Shown here: positions 1-12,193 of the stretch, in pieces
Position numbering within the stretch: the stretch's first letter is position 1
Layout: the number at the start of each line of letters is the position of its first letter
Origin: Mustelus asterias
Lineage: Eukaryota
Length of the DNA stretch: 59,564 bases
Assembly: GCF_964213995.1 (NCBI RefSeq)
Contig: NW_027592246.1
Coordinates: 1-59,564 of the forward strand
Reading direction: 5' to 3'
The notes under the pieces: model-generated
What the model was told of the DNA's origin: nothing
The model's input: the letters and a program-made list of their open reading frames with translations, nothing else
The model's database searches: none
Made by a program: the position numbers and the translations under genes

Positions 1-1039
1 CACGATATGGGGCTACTATTTAACTGTTCGATTGACAGGATCCTGAATTCCTAGCAGTTGATGGTGAGCTGGCTAAATTTCCTGTTTACCCATAAAGGCC
101 AGTACAGGCTTGCATGAAAAGGATTTGAGTATGTTTAGCGCGGTGCCTCCAAAAATGTTATTGAGATAAACCTTATAATGAGAAAAGGTTCGGAACAACA
201 AGGTAAACGGAATAACAAAAAAATTTAATAACAAATATAATTAGCAGATATAAACAAGTAAAGAATCCCAACTGAAGATTTTCCAAATAACAGTTTCAAG
301 CTGAGAAATGATTAGAATATCACCAAGCACTTTGAATTTTAAACGTTGGGGCCCATCCGTTGGTGCACATCGGAAGGAAACCACATTCTGTTACCGTTCC
401 TGTCTGATAGTACTCACTTAACCCCGAGACACACACAGTCCAGACGGGTCTATGAGAGGGAAGATGATGGAGCAAGCACACGAGGCAGAGGTGCCGCGAG
501 CCATCTGTGTAGTAACACAGATCCCGTGCGCTGAAGGCTGTCCTCCTCGGCAGTCATGAAAAACCAAGCAGTTCTACCTGAGAAAGGTTCACTTCGAACT
601 GAGTTTTTACTGCCTCCGAAAAGCTTCTCTCCAAAAACTTCTGCACACTCCCTCCTCAGCTCTGCAGCTGCTTCACTTCCTGGCGCCTTTTTTTCCTCCC
701 GCCCCCAGAGCAATCCCATTGGCCCAGCCCACATCACTCAACCAACAGCATCCTGTTCACAGCACCCGCCCGGCAAACAGGACACTGAAACCCACAAGGG
801 ACAAAGAACACTGGTAAATGTCTTCCCCACAAATTGTCCTCAGTCCCTTACATTATTGTCATATGTATTAGTATACAGTGAAAAGTATTGTTTCTTGCAC
901 ACTGTACAGACAAAGCATACTGTTCATAGAGAAGGAAATGAGAGAGTGCAGGATGTAGTGTTACAGTCATAGCTTGGGTGTAGAGAAAGATCAATTTAGT
1001 GCAAGGTAGGCCCATTCACGAGTCTGGCTAGTTCTCCAT

Positions 1040-2245
1040 GGATCCCATGTGGTCTAACCTTAACTGGCCAGTCTACCATAGGTACCTTGTCGAAGGCCTT
1101 GCTGAAGTCCATGTAGACAACATCTACTGCACCGTCCTCATCTATTTTTTTTTGGTCACCCTTTCAAAAAGCTCTGTTAAATTTTTAAGACACAATTTCC
1201 CACGCACAAAGCGATGCTGACAATCCGTAATCAGCCTTTGCCTTTCCAAATACATGTAGATCCTGTCTCTCAGACTACAGTCCAACAACTTACCCACCCT
1301 GACATTAGGATCACCAGTCTGTAGTTCCCTGGCTTTTCCCTGCTGCCTTTCTCAAATAACAGTGTAACATTTGCCTCTCTCCAGTCTTCTGGCACCTCAC
1401 CCGTGGTTGTTGATGATACAAATATATACGCTAGGGGGCACCACAATTGTTTCCCTCGCTTCCCATAATGTCCTGGGATGCACTTGATCAGGTCCTTGAG
1501 ATTTATCTACCTTTATGTGTTTTAAAACATCCAGCACCTTGTCTTCTGTAATGTGGGCGCCATTGAAGACATCACTATTTACATCCTGAATTCCCCAGCT
1601 TTCATGTCTTTCTCCAGGTAAATACTGATGAGAAATATTCCATTAGGATCTCACCCATCTCCTGTGGCTTCACACATAAATGACCTTGTTGATCTTTAAG
1701 GGGCCTATTCTCTCCCTAATTACTCTTTTGCCCTTAATATACTTGTAGAATCTCTTTGGATTTTCTTTGACCTTATCTGCCAAAGCTATCTCCTGTTCCC
1801 TTTTTGCCCTCCTGATTTCCATTTTAAGTGTACTTCTGCACTCCCTATACTCCTCAAGGGATTCACTTGACCCCAGCTGCCTGAACCTGACATATGCTTC
1901 CTTCTTTTTATTGACCAGAATCTCGGTATCTCTCGTCATCGAGTGTTTCCTTCTCCTGGCGGCTTTGTCCTTTACAGTAACAGGAAGGTGCTGGCCCTGA
2001 GCTCTCGCTATCTCGTTTCTGAAAGCATCCCACATTCCAGATGTTCCTTGACCTGTGAACAGCCTTCCCCAATCAGCTTGTGAAAGTTCCTGTACAATAC
2101 CATCAAAATTGGCCAAGCCCCAATTTAGAACTTTAACTTGTGGACCAGACCTATCCTTTTCCATAACTATGTTAAAACTAATCGAATTATGGTCATTGAT
2201 CCCAAAGTGCTCCCCAGTAACACTTCAGTCACATGCTGCTTTACA
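1040..2245 (-). mobile_element. Decayed CR1-clade LINE ORF2 fragment (endonuclease-RT linker to RT start)
   Basis: ORF 1670..2164 (-) reads ...EIRRAKREQEIALADKVKENPKRFYKYIKGKR..RIGPL, typical of CR1 ORF2. Near 1085-1130 the minus strand encodes a VDVVYMDFSKAFDKV motif. Confidence 0.85.
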
Positions 2246-2536
2246 TCCTGGTTACTTGTTTGTATGTATATTTCCTCAACTTCATATCACAACAAGGACA
2301 TCAATTTGTCTCTTATCTTGGGGAAATCAACAATAAATAAACTTTGAAACTTTAAACTTTTACCCAACACACATTGTCAAAATGCTGTTAGACTTAACAC
2401 TATAAGAAAATATTAAACTCCAGTGCAGTCACAGGAATTATTAACATCATGAAAAGAATGAGCCCTGTCAGAATGAACATAGTCCAATCCCGGATGTGAT
2501 TAACAGGAGCAATAATAGCAGATTCCAACCCTGCAA

Positions 2537-3475
2537 TCACTCGTGAACTCGCTGGTGTCTCAGTAGGTGATAGGACTGAGTAAATCCCTTCCCACACTGG
2601 GAGCAGATGAATGGCCTCTCTCCAGTGTGAATTCGCTGGTGTCTCAGCAGTTGGAATGACTGAATGAATCCTATCCCACACTCAGAGCAGATGAAAGGCT
2701 TCTCTGTAGAGTGAACACGCTGGTGTCTCAGGAGGAGAGCTGACTGAGTGAATCCCTTACCACAGATGAAACAGATGAATGGGTTCTCCGCAGAGTGAAT
2801 TTGTTGATGTCTCTGCAAGCTCCACGACCGACTGAATCGCTTTCCACATTTAGTGCAAGAGAACGGCCTCGCCCCAGTGTGAACTCGCTGGTGTCGCAGG
2901 AGACTGAATGACCGAGTGAATCCCTTACCGCACACAGAACAGGAGAATGGGCTCTGACTAGAGTGAATGTATTGGTGTCTCTGTAGATTCCTTGTACTTT
3001 TGAAGCTCTTACCACAGTCCGAACATTTAAAAAGTCTCTCATCAGTGTGAACAAGCTGATGAGAAGTGAGATTAGTTAAACTGCTGAATCCCTTCCCACA
3101 CACAGAGCAGCTAAATGGTCTCTCCCCAGTGTGAACTTGCTGATGTACAGTGAGGTGAGATGACTGAGTGAATCCCATGCCACATTGGGAGCAGATGAAC
3201 GGCCTCACCCCAGTGTGAACTCGCTGGTGTCTCAGCAGGGTGGATGTCTGAGCAAATCCTTTCCCACACTTGAAGCAGGTGAATGGTCTCTCCCCAGTGT
3301 GACTGCGTCGATGAGTTTCCAGATCTGATGGGGATCTGATCACTTTACCACAGTCCCCATATTTCAGTGGCCTGTGTGTGATGTTGGCTCCCGTGTGAGT
3401 GCATCGATGATATTCCAGCCGGGATGGATAATTAAATCCCTTCCCACAGTCCCCACATTTCCACGGTTTCTCCAT
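2537..3475 (-). CDS. ZNF-A: C2H2 zinc-finger array protein, 11 finger units (unit 2 has C>Y), no effector domain
   Basis: 312-aa ORF starting [10 protein letters not shown], with CxxC..HxxxH repeats and TGERPF linkers. Candidate acceptor (tttcttttgcag on -) near 3839. Confidence 0.9.
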   Translation of the reverse strand: MEKPWKCGDCGKGFNYPSRLEYHRCTHTGANITHRPLKYGDCGKVIRSPSDLETHRRSHTGERPFTCFKCGKGFAQTSTLLRHQRVHTGVRPFICSQCGMGFTQSSHLTVHQQVHTGERPFSCSVCGKGFSSLTNLTSHQLVHTDERLFKCSDCGKSFKSTRNLQRHQYIHSSQSPFSCSVCGKGFTRSFSLLRHQRVHTGARPFSCTKCGKRFSRSWSLQRHQQIHSAENPFICFICGKGFTQSALLLRHQRVHSTEKPFICSECGIGFIQSFQLLRHQRIHTGERPFICSQCGKGFTQSYHLLRHQRVHE

Positions 3476-4071
3476 GGTGCTGGTGTCCTTGTGTCTCTCC
3501 AGGTTGCACGATCAGCTGAAGCTTCATCCACACACAGAACACATGTACAGTTTCTCCTCGCTGTGGATGGTGTGATGTTTTATCAGGCTGTGTAACTGGT
3601 TGAAGCTCTTTCCACAGTCAGTTCACTGGAACACTCTCATTCGGGTGTGTGTGTCTCGGTGCTTTTCCAGTCACAGTGATGTTTGAAATCTTTTCCCACA
3701 GACAGAACAGACATTCTCCTCCTTCCACAGTGAAAGGTTGATGATATTCAAATCCTGACGAATCGGGTGATTCTGTTAAATATTGATGTGATGTTTGCTT
3801 TTGTACTTTTTATCTGCAAATTCTCCCCTTCTAACACCCTGCAAAAGAAATTTAGGAAAATTATAACTAAGTCTGGATTAGAAGTTCTGAAAAGATAATT
3901 CTAGTTTTTCTGGAACATTTTTTCCTCTTTTGTTCCCCCAAATCTGTAAATCCCCGTCCCACACACTCTCCCTCCTCCCTGGGCTGAAATCCAAACCCAT
4001 CTCACCATCTCCACCATTTCTTTCCTCCACTCCCAGTTTTCTCCCTCCCTCTCCTCTGTCTGGGTGCAGAT

Positions 4072-4209
4072 ATCCACTCCATCTGACAAAGGAGCAGCGC
4101 TCCAAAAGCTAATCGCATTTGCTGCCAAATAAACCTGTTGGACTTTAACCTGGTGTTGTTAAAACTCTTACTGTGTTTACCCCAGTCCAATGCTGGCATC
4201 TCCACATCA
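4072..4209 (+). mobile_element. Penelope-like element 3' terminal fragment (family 1)
   Basis: Matches the terminal sequence of the GIY-YIG-bearing element at 35270-36044 (aaataaacctgttggactttaacctggtgttg...catctccacatca). Flanked by imperfect duplication tgggtgcagat / tgggttcagtt. Confidence 0.75.
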
Positions 4210-4559
4210 TGGGTTCAGTTCTCCAGCTCCTGTCTGCAGACTGACAATAAAACCAATGGGTCTTATTGGGGGTGTTGGGGCCTCCAGCGGGTGTTTGTGA
4301 ATCCTCCCCGCCCACCTCCCAGGGTTTCCTTCCTTCCCAGAGATCAGAGTCCTCATTGATCTGAGGCCAAAGTGTAACCTCTTATTTATTGTCCCCCTCC
4401 CCCATCCTCTGATGTGAACCATCCTCCAGTGGCTGAGCCAGGATGGGGCCGTTAACCTGGGCCTGTTCCCGGGAGGGAGGGAGGGAGAAGCCCCGCAGCT
4501 GCAAACAAGGGAGCTGACAATGATTCTGAAGGGTTTGCGGATCCACAAAGTGTTTCCAA

Positions 4560-5125
4560 ATCCTCCCAGCCACCGCCTAACGCTGACTCCGCTTCTCCGG
4601 GACAAACAAGCGCCAAGGACAGCAATGACACTGCGCATGCTCCACATCACAATGCTCGGGGGTTGATTGACGGCAACTCCGGACCAATAGGAAGAGGGGG
4701 CGGGGCTGGGGGACCGAGCGGGAGCGGCTGGTCCTCCAACCAATCAGAATGAATGAGGGGCGGGACCTGAAGCATGCGCAGTGCGGGTAATGGCGATGGA
4801 CGGACGGTTTTAAGTCGGAACCAAGATCAATACCAGGTAGAGGGCGGCGCGCGGGGAGCGATGAACATGGCGGGTGGGTGAAGAGCTTCCTAAACATGTT
4901 CAAAGGCAAACCCCGGAAATGAACTTCCCGGTTCCCCCCGTTTGTGGCAAATGGAGCCGCAACTTGTCGTGTTGGGCCTGGGCTGACTGCCGCCATTGAG
5001 GCTGAGTGTGGAAGACCGGCAGGGAGTGAAGTCCTGACGTCACAATAGAATTCATGACAGTAACGCGTCACAATGGAGAGTGAGTGTGACGTCACAATGG
5101 AGAGTGAGTGTGACGTCACAATAGA
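4560..5125. promoter_or_regulatory. CpG-rich bidirectional promoter (type A) between ZNF-A (-) and ZNF-B (+)
   Basis: GC box GGGGCGGGGC 4697-4706; CCAAT at 4684 and 4740; NRF1-like TGCGCATGC 4632 and GCATGCGCA 4772; YY1-like ATGGCG; CCGGAA; three TGACGTCA at 5035, 5087 and 5111. Lies between divergent ORFs. Confidence 0.75.
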
Positions 5126-5400
5126 ATGGATGAGGGTTCCAGATGAGCTGAGACTGGGGTGGAGTCGGGCGATGGCACTGAGGTGGAAGTAGACGGTCTT
5201 GATGATGATGTGGATATTGTGGCTGGAACCTCATCTTGGGGTGAAATATTTCACCAGGATTGTGAACAGCCTGGTTCAGCCTCAGACAGTTCCCAGGAAG
5301 AGGGATAGAGTTGCTGGTGAGGGAGTGGAGTTTGTAGTGGGGACTGAAGACAATGGGTTCAGAATTCCCAGTATTGATTTGGAAAAAAATTCTCTTAGTC
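5125..5400 (-). mobile_element. Old L2-clade LINE RT fragment
   Basis: ORF 5052..5465 contains QINTGNSEPIVF..SIPLPGNCLRLNQAVHNPGEIFHPKMRF, resembling the L2 QLNxxKTE..VRNLGVIFD region. An inverted copy lies at about 14470-14735. Confidence 0.65.
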
Positions 5401-5681
5401 CTTGACGTCAGACAAGTCAGGATGGTGTGTGAGTTGGAGGGGAACTTGGAGGTGATGGTGTTCACGTCTACCTGCTATCTTAGTCCTTCTTAATGATGGA
5501 GGTTGAGGGTTTGGGAGATTCTGTCAAAGTTCTCATTGAGTTGTTGATGTATAAAATCCCTCTCCTTCACCCCTGGCCTCTCCTACTTCTCTCTGTCTCC
5601 TCCCACAGTGCCCAGAGTCTTGTGTAGACCCAGCCTGGATGACAAGTTTCTTTTCGTGAAGGACATTAGTGAATCAGTTGG

Positions 5682-5907
5682 AACAAAAACAGAAAATGCT
5701 GGAGAAATTCAGCAGGTCTGACAGTGTCTGTGGAGAGAGAATAGAGCCAATGTTTTGAGTCTGGATGACACTTGTCGACAATGGGTCTTCCAGACTCAGA
5801 ACGTTGGCCCCATTCTCTCTCTACAGATGCTGTCAGACCTGCTGAGTTTCTCCAGCATTTTCTGTTTTTGTTTCAGATTCCAGCATCCACAGTATTTTGC
5901 TTTGATC
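5682..5907. mobile_element. Fold-back (palindromic) PLE-derived insertion, family 2, with 16-bp TSD
   Basis: Left arm is the imperfect reverse complement of the right arm. TTAGTGAATCAGTTGG is duplicated at 5666-5681 and 5908-5923. Arm sequence matches the 3' end of the PLE at 29570-30535. Confidence 0.8.
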
Positions 5908-6139
5908 TTAGTGAATCAGTTGGCAATCCAAAAGCTTTCATAGTCACTTTTTCCTAGTGCTGGCCCCAGATTCATTCAGCTCAATTTCACAACCATTGTT
6001 TTTTTGTGGGTTCCCTTACTCTCTTCTTTCTGTTTTAATCAATTTCACAGGGTTTTAGAAGATGAGGATTCAAACAATGTATCAGAACCTGATGGAATCG
6101 TCCGATTTATTGTAACCTGAATATCATTGTATTTTGAAC

Positions 6140-7093
6140 ATGGAAGAAAATAGCACCGTTCACAGTGAAGAGAAACTGTACATATGTTCTCTGTGTGGAC
6201 AAGACTTCAACCAATCATCTGGCCTTTCGGAGCACAATTGCAGTCACAACAGGGAGGTGGCATGGAAATGTAGAGACTGTGGGAAGGAATTCGATTACCC
6301 ATCCCTGCTGGAAACTCATCGGCGCAGTCACACTGGGGAGAGGCCATTCACCTGCTCCCAGTGTGGAAAGGGTTTTGCTCACCCATCCACCCTAGTAAAA
6401 CACCAGCGAATTCACACTGGGGAGAGACCATTCACCTGCTCCCAGTGTGGGAAGCGATTTGCTCACTCATCCAATCTGCTGAAACATCAGCGAATGCACA
6501 CTGGAGAGAGACCGTTCACCTGCTCTGTTTGTGGGAAGGGATTCACTCAGTCATCCAACCTTGCATTACACAAGCAAATTCACACTGAGGAGAAGCCGTT
6601 CACCTGCTCCCAATGTGGGAAGGGATTCAGTCGGTCATCAAATTTGCTGACACACCAGACTGTTCACACTGGGGAGAGGCCGTTCACCTGCTCCCAGTGT
6701 GGGAAGGGATTTGCTCACTCACACACACTGCGGACGCACCAGCGAATTCACACTGGGGAAAGACCATACACCTGCTCTGTATGTGGGAAGGGATTCAATC
6801 AGTCATCCAACCTAGCAATACACAAGGAAGGGCACACCGGGGAGAGACCGTTCACCTGCTCCCAATTTGGGAAGGGATTTGCTCATTCAGCCAACCTGCT
6901 GAAACACCAGAGAGTTCACACTGGGGAGAGGCCATTCATTTGCTCCGTTTGTGGGAAAGGTTTTGCTCGCTCATCCAACCTGCGGTTACACCAGCGAGTT
7001 CACACTGGGGAGAGACCTTTCATCTGCTCCACATGTGGGAAGGGATTCACTCAGTCATCCACTCTGCAGACACACCAGCGAGTTCACAAGTAA
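6140..7093 (+). CDS. ZNF-B: C2H2 zinc-finger array protein, 11 finger units (unit 9 has C>F)
   Basis: ORF 6134..7093 with first ATG at 6140 ([19 protein letters not shown]...). Acceptor aatttcacag at 6041-6050. AATAAA at 7271, 7336 and 7351. Confidence 0.9.
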   Translation: MEENSTVHSEEKLYICSLCGQDFNQSSGLSEHNCSHNREVAWKCRDCGKEFDYPSLLETHRRSHTGERPFTCSQCGKGFAHPSTLVKHQRIHTGERPFTCSQCGKRFAHSSNLLKHQRMHTGERPFTCSVCGKGFTQSSNLALHKQIHTEEKPFTCSQCGKGFSRSSNLLTHQTVHTGERPFTCSQCGKGFAHSHTLRTHQRIHTGERPYTCSVCGKGFNQSSNLAIHKEGHTGERPFTCSQFGKGFAHSANLLKHQRVHTGERPFICSVCGKGFARSSNLRLHQRVHTGERPFICSTCGKGFTQSSTLQTHQRVHK

Positions 7094-7149
7094 CTATTGT
7101 GATGGGATTTTTCTGTTAATCATATTCGTTGAATGATTCAACCTCTGCT

Positions 7150-7965
7150 GAGACATCGCAGCAGTCACTCCGATTAGATTTATTATCTGCTCCGACTCTT
7201 GGGGATAACCAAATCATTTGAGATTAAGTACATACAAATTGAGGGCATTGATTGGATGATTATGAATGCAAATAAAGAGACATGTACTGACATAGTGTGA
7301 AGTTCAGAGAGAAATACCTGTGAAGTTTCACTCTAAATAAATCTGTACCAAATAAAGATTGGCTCCAACTTCTTCCTTCACCATAAGCTGTCAGGATTGT
7401 AACATGGTCAGAGGGAATATTTTCTAATGGTGGAGATTGGAAGCTAAAGGGAAATATTTTTCAGACAGAAGTTTTGCAATCCCAACAGCTTTTGTGAGAA
7501 CTGGCTGAAAGTGAGTGGGAATTGTCAGGGTCTGATTACCCGCTGCTGCTCTCAGAGTCTGAACCATATGAAAGTGGAAATGTGGATACTGGTTACATCC
7601 CTACCAAGGGGGAAACAAGGTCTGGCCTTGGCATTGTCACTTCCCAGCAAAAGGAAAATCAGAAGCAAAGTATTTTGTGAGCTGGATGTCCATCAGTTGG
7701 ACACTGATAAAGGTTTGGATCTACTGTTTGGGTTCAATGATGAGATTGACAAGATAGATGATCGACTGGATGGTTATGAAACATGGTTAGACTTTGACAG
7801 GTTTTGTAGGGGGTGAAAGCAGCCATAGCAGATCTGGATATCACAACAAAAGACAGATTGGAACAGCATTAATAAACAAATGAACCCCAGGAATGACTGG
7901 GGAACAATTAACAAGTGCTTCAGGTCTGACTCAAAATATCATCATGTGATGAACTTCCCAAAGTG
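7150..7965 (+). mobile_element. Decayed LTR-retrotransposon 5' end (LTR end, PBS-like site, gag fragments)
   Basis: ...TGTAACA followed by TGGTCAGAGG near 7400. Gag-like peptides YPLLLSESEPYES and VEMWILVTSLPRGKQGLALALSLP (7511..7816). Degenerate knuckle NKCFRSDSKYH near 7910-7945. Confidence 0.5.
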
Positions 7966-7984
7966 GAAAATTAGGGATTTTGCA

Positions 7985-9655
7985 GTGAGACACAACACAG
8001 AGAATTCTGAGAAATTAGAGATAGCATTAGATCCAAGATAGAGATATACAATTTGGCCAAGGAAAACAACAGACTTGATGATTGGGAGCAGTTTAGAATT
8101 CAGCAACAGAGGACCAAGGGATTGATAAAAAGAGGAAAATGGAATATGAGAGTAAGCTTGCAGGGAACATAAAAACTGACTGTAAAAGTTTCTATCGGTA
8201 TGTCACAAGAAAAAGATTGATGAAGACAAATTACCTTACAGTCAGAAACAGGGGAATTTATAATGGAGAACAAAGAAATGGCTGACCAACTGACCACATA
8301 CTTTGGTTCTGTCTTCACAAAGGAGGACTCAAAAATGTTGGGGAACATAGGGTTTAGTGAGAGGGAGGAACTGATGGAGATCAGTATTAGTAGAGAAATA
8401 GTGTTGGGGAAACTGATGGGATTGAAGGCCTCTAAATCCCCAGGACCTGATAATGTGTACGCCAGATTCCTCAAGGAAGGAGCCTGAGAAATAGTGGATG
8501 CATTGGTGGTCATCTTCCAAGATTCTATAAATGCTGGAACAGTTTCTACAGGTTGGAGTGTAGCTAATGTAACCCCACTATTTAAAAAAGGAGGTAGAGA
8601 GAAAACAAGGAGTTATAGACCAGTAAGCCTGACACCGTCAGCGGGGATTATTCAAGAATCCATTTTCAAAGATTCTGTTGCAAAACACTTGAAAAACAGT
8701 GGCAGGATCGGACAGAGTCAGCATGGATTTAAGAAAGGGAAATGGTGCTTGACAAAAACTATTGGAATTCTTTGAGGATATAACTAGTAGAATTGATGAG
8801 GGGGAGCCAGTTGATGTGGTTTATTTCAGTTTTCAGAAGGATTTCGACAAAGTCCCACATAAAAGATTAACGTGTAAAATTAAAGCACATGGGATTGAGG
8901 TACTGTGTTGAGATGGATAGAAACTAGTTGGCAGACAGGAAACAAAGAGTAGGAATAAACGGGTCTTTTTCCAAATGGTGGCACGGTAGCACAGTGCTTA
9001 GCACTGCTGCTTCACAGCGCCAGGGACGCAGGTTCGATTCCTGGCTTGGGTCACTGTCTGTGTGGAGTTTGCGTGTTCCCCCCGTATCTGCGTGGGTTTC
9101 CTCCCACATTCTGAAAGATGTGCTGGTTAGGTACATTGACCCAAACAGGCGCTGGACTATGGCAACTTGGGGAATTTCACAGTAACTTCATTGTAGTGTT
9201 AATGTAAGCCTTACTTGTGACTAATAAATAAACTTTAAAAAAACTTTTTAAAAATGGCAGGATGTGACTAATGGGGTAATGCAGGGGTCAGAGCTGGGAC
9301 CTCAGCTCGTTACTACATATAAATGACTTAGACGAGGGAACTAAATGCAATATCTCCAAATTTGCTAATGACACAAAGCAAGGTGGGAGGGTGAGCTGTG
9401 AGGAGGATGCAGCAATCCTTCAGTGTAATTTGACAAGTTGAGTGAGTGGGCAAATGATTGGCAGATGCAGTATAATTTGGATAAATGTGAGGTTATCCAC
9501 TTTGGGAGCAAAAACGTGAAGACAGATTACTATCTGAATAGCCATAAAGTAGGAGGAGGAAATATGCAACACAACCTGGGTGTTCTTGCAGAAATGTCAC
9601 TGAAGGTAAGCATGCAGGTGTAAAAGGCAGTAAAAAAGGCAAATGGTATGTTGGA
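7985..9655 (+). mobile_element. Decayed CR1-clade LINE ORF2 (RT) fragment
   Basis: Frameshifted peptides SPGPDNVY, ANVTPLFKKG, YRPVSLT, QHGFKKG, RKQRVGING and WQMQYNLDKCEVIHFG. Confidence 0.85.
8977..9240 (+). mobile_element. tRNA-derived V-SINE variant with a different 3' tail, nested in a CR1 LINE
   Basis: tRNA-like head (TGGCACGGTAGCACAGTG..GGTTCGATTCC) and V-domain-like core. Tail ends ...GTGACTAATAAATAAACTTT. AAATGG is present at both flanks. Confidence 0.75.
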
Positions 9656-9975
9656 ACAAAATTCAGCAGTTTAGGCAGCATCTGTGCAGAGAGAGAAACA
9701 CAGTTAACATTTCAGGTCTGTGACCTTCAGAACTGGGAAAAGTTAGAACTGTAACAGGTTTGGAGAAAGGGGCGGGTGAGACAGGGACTAAAGGAAGGTC
9801 TGATAGGGTGGAAGCCAGGAGAGATTAAATGAGAGAAAAGTGAATTCCTCAGAGCCAAAGGGAATGAAGCGAGAAAAGAAACAAAGGAACAAAAGCTGTG
9901 CCTGGAGCAGGGGGCTGCCGACTGAAAGAAAGAAAAATGAAACAATCAAAGAAAAATAAACAAAATAGGCTCAGA
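9655..9975 (-). mobile_element. PLE family 2 3' fragment
   Basis: Reverse complement of gttaactgtgtttctctctctgcacagatgctgcc..ctgctg, the terminal motif shared with 30460-30535. Confidence 0.55.
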
Positions 9976-9984
9976 GTTGTAGAG

Positions 9985-11172
9985 TCATAGAGGTTTACAG
10001 CACGGAAACAGGCCCTTCAGCCCAACTTGTCCATGCCACCTTTTTTTTTAAACCCCTAAACTAATCCCAATTGTCCGCATTTGGCCCATATCCTATGGCG
10101 GCACGGTAGCACAGTGGTTAGCACTGCTGCTTCACAGCTCCAGGGACCTAGGTTCGATTCCTGGCTTGGGTCACTGTCTGTGTGGAGTTTGCACATTCTC
10201 CTCGTGTCTGCGTGGGTTTCCTCCGGGTGCTCCGGTTTCCTCCCACAGTCCAAAGATATGCGGGTTAGGTTGATTGGCCATGCTAAAATTGCCCTTAGTG
10301 TCCTGGGATGCGTAGATTAGAGGGATTAGCAGGTAAAATATGTAAGGACATGGGGGTAGGGCCTGGGTGGGATTGTGGTCGGTGCAGACTCGATGGGCCA
10401 AATTGCCTCTTTCTGTACTGTAGGGTTTCTATGAATCTATCCCTCTATACCCATCGTATCCATGGAACTGTTAAATGCTTTTTAAAAGACAAAATTGTAT
10501 CCGCCTCTACTACTACCTCTGGCAGCTTGTTCCAGACACTCACCACCCTCTGTGTGAAAAAATTGCCCCTCTGGACACTTTTGTATCTCTCCCCTCTCAA
10601 CTTAAACCTATGCCCTCTAGTTTTAGCTTCCCCTACCTTTGGGAAAAGATATGGACTATCCAGCTGATCTGTGCCCCTCATTATTTTATAGACCTCTATA
10701 AGATCATCCCTCAGCCTTCTATGCTTTAGAGAAAAAAGTCCCAGTCTGTCCAGCCTCTCCTTATAACTCAATCCATCAAGTCCCGGTAGCATCCTAGTAA
10801 ATCTCTTCTGCACTCTTTCTAGTTTAATAATATCCTTTCTACAATAGGATGACCAGAACTGTACATACTATCCCAAATGTGGTCTTACCAATGTCTTGTA
10901 CAACTTCAGTAAGACATCCCAACTCGTGTATTCAATGTTCTGACCAATGAAACTAAGCATGCTGAATGCCTTCTTCACCACTCTGTCCACCTGTGACTTC
11001 ACTTTCAAGGAGCTATGAACCTGTACCCCTCGATCTCTTGGTTCTGTAACTCTCCCCAACGCCCGTCCATTAACTGAGTAAGTCCTGCCCTGGTTCAATC
11101 TACCAAAATGCATCACCTCGCATTTGTCTAAATTAAACTCCATCTGCCATTCGTCAGCCCACTGGTCCAATT
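9985..11172 (-). mobile_element. 5'-truncated CR1-clade (HER1-like) LINE 3' end
   Basis: ORFs 10868..11170 and 10445..10813 encode the RT C-terminus (WQMEFNLDKCEVMHFG, QKRFTRMLPG, TRGHRFK, FFTQRVV). Ends in a short CTATGA-type tail. Confidence 0.9.
10096..10432 (+). mobile_element. Full-length HE1-like V-SINE nested in a LINE 3'UTR
   Basis: A box TAGCACAGTGG, B box GGTTCGATTCC, V-core gtggagtttgcacattctc..cccacagtccaaaga, and a LINE-like tail ending tttctatga. Confidence 0.9.
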
Positions 11173-11574
11173 GAGAGTTTACTCTCAGAGTAAAGAGAGT
11201 TTACTCTCCGAAACTGTTGAACTAAATGATGAGTCCGAAAGGCTGTAAAATGTGGGTGTGGGTGGGTGAATGGGAGGATCTTCTGGATCTGCTCGAGACC
11301 TTGGTTAAACAGTAATCTGTAGATCCAGGATGGGTGGGGCTGAATGGGGAGGCGGGGGTCACTCTGGCTGCCGACTTATCTTCTGTGGTCTTGTCTGTGC
11401 CCAGGTGGCCCTGGAGAGGGAGATTCTATTGGGACTTTGTTGCTGATTTTGGTCTTTTAGTTTGATTGAACCACATGTTTGGGTGAAGGATTGGAATTGT
11501 CTGTTCTGAATTTGTATCCTGCACTGATAGTGACACTGACATAACTATCTTACTCACCATTTCTACCCCTCTTC

Positions 11575-11712
11575 AACTAAAGAACAGGCATTCGGACTCG
11601 AATGTTAACTCTGTTTCTCTCTCCACCAATGCTGCCAGACCTGCTGAGTTTTTCCAACATTTTCTGAGGTTTTTTTCAGATTATTGGCACCCACGGAATT
11701 TTGCTTTCATCT
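11575..11712 (+). mobile_element. PLE family 2 3' terminal fragment
   Basis: gttaactctgtttctctctccacc..atgctgccagacctgctgagtttttcc, same motif as 30460-30535. Confidence 0.6.
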
Positions 11713-11756
11713 CAATAGCCTGATTTAAGATTCTAGGAATAAGTCCATCGGGACCC

Positions 11757-11984
11757 GGTCTCTCCCCAGTGTGAACTCACTGGGGTACAGTGAGTTGAGA
11801 TGATCCCCTGAACCCAGGCTCACAGTAAAAGCATCTGAATGGTCTCTCATCAGTGTGAATACGCTGATGAGACATCAGTTCTCCACAACTTTTATAGCAG
11901 TTCCTGCAGTCTGGGCATTTGTAAGGTCTCTCCCCAGTGTGAAACCAGAGTGTTTGCAGTGTGGATGATTGAGTGAATCCTTTC
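11757..11984 (-). pseudogene. Degenerate zinc-finger relic (about 2.5 fingers)
   Basis: Minus strand reads [62 protein letters not shown]. Its probable start (ggagaaactgtgaaaatgtggagactgtg) is at about 12762-12790, separated by an insertion. Confidence 0.75.
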
Positions 11985-12193
11985 TGTTCGGGTCCTGGAC
12001 CAGAACCTCTAAATTACATTAGGAAATCAGAGTAGACCCCAACAATTCTTCTATTTTGGCATAAATGTGAGGATAGGATGCTTCACTCCGGGGGTAATTC
12101 CACTGACAAATTAGAGATCTTTTATGGTACAACAAACTTTATTTAATGAAAGTTTAAATATAATTCCAACAAATGAAGCAGCTTGACTATTAA

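Noticed and set aside
150-830. Possible reverse-orientation LTR (TGT...ACA); similar candidates at about 11985-12765 and 21290-22010
   Set aside because: No convincing TSD, partner LTR or internal ORF is visible. A repeat-library search is needed.
3512-3673. Four in-frame TGA codons in the ZNF-A leader (also present in ZNF-H) as selenocysteine recoding
   Set aside because: Three fit CGA>TGA CpG decay. Other paralogues have frameshifts or TAA in the leader, and no SECIS was recognised.
4207-4743. ORFs conserved between 4207-4743 and 48168-48623
   Set aside because: The conservation reflects a recent segmental duplication of GC-rich promoter DNA, and the ORF ends run into PLE inserts.
10096-10170. 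tRNA-like A and B boxes
   Set aside because: They are heads of multi-copy SINEs and not standalone tRNA genes.
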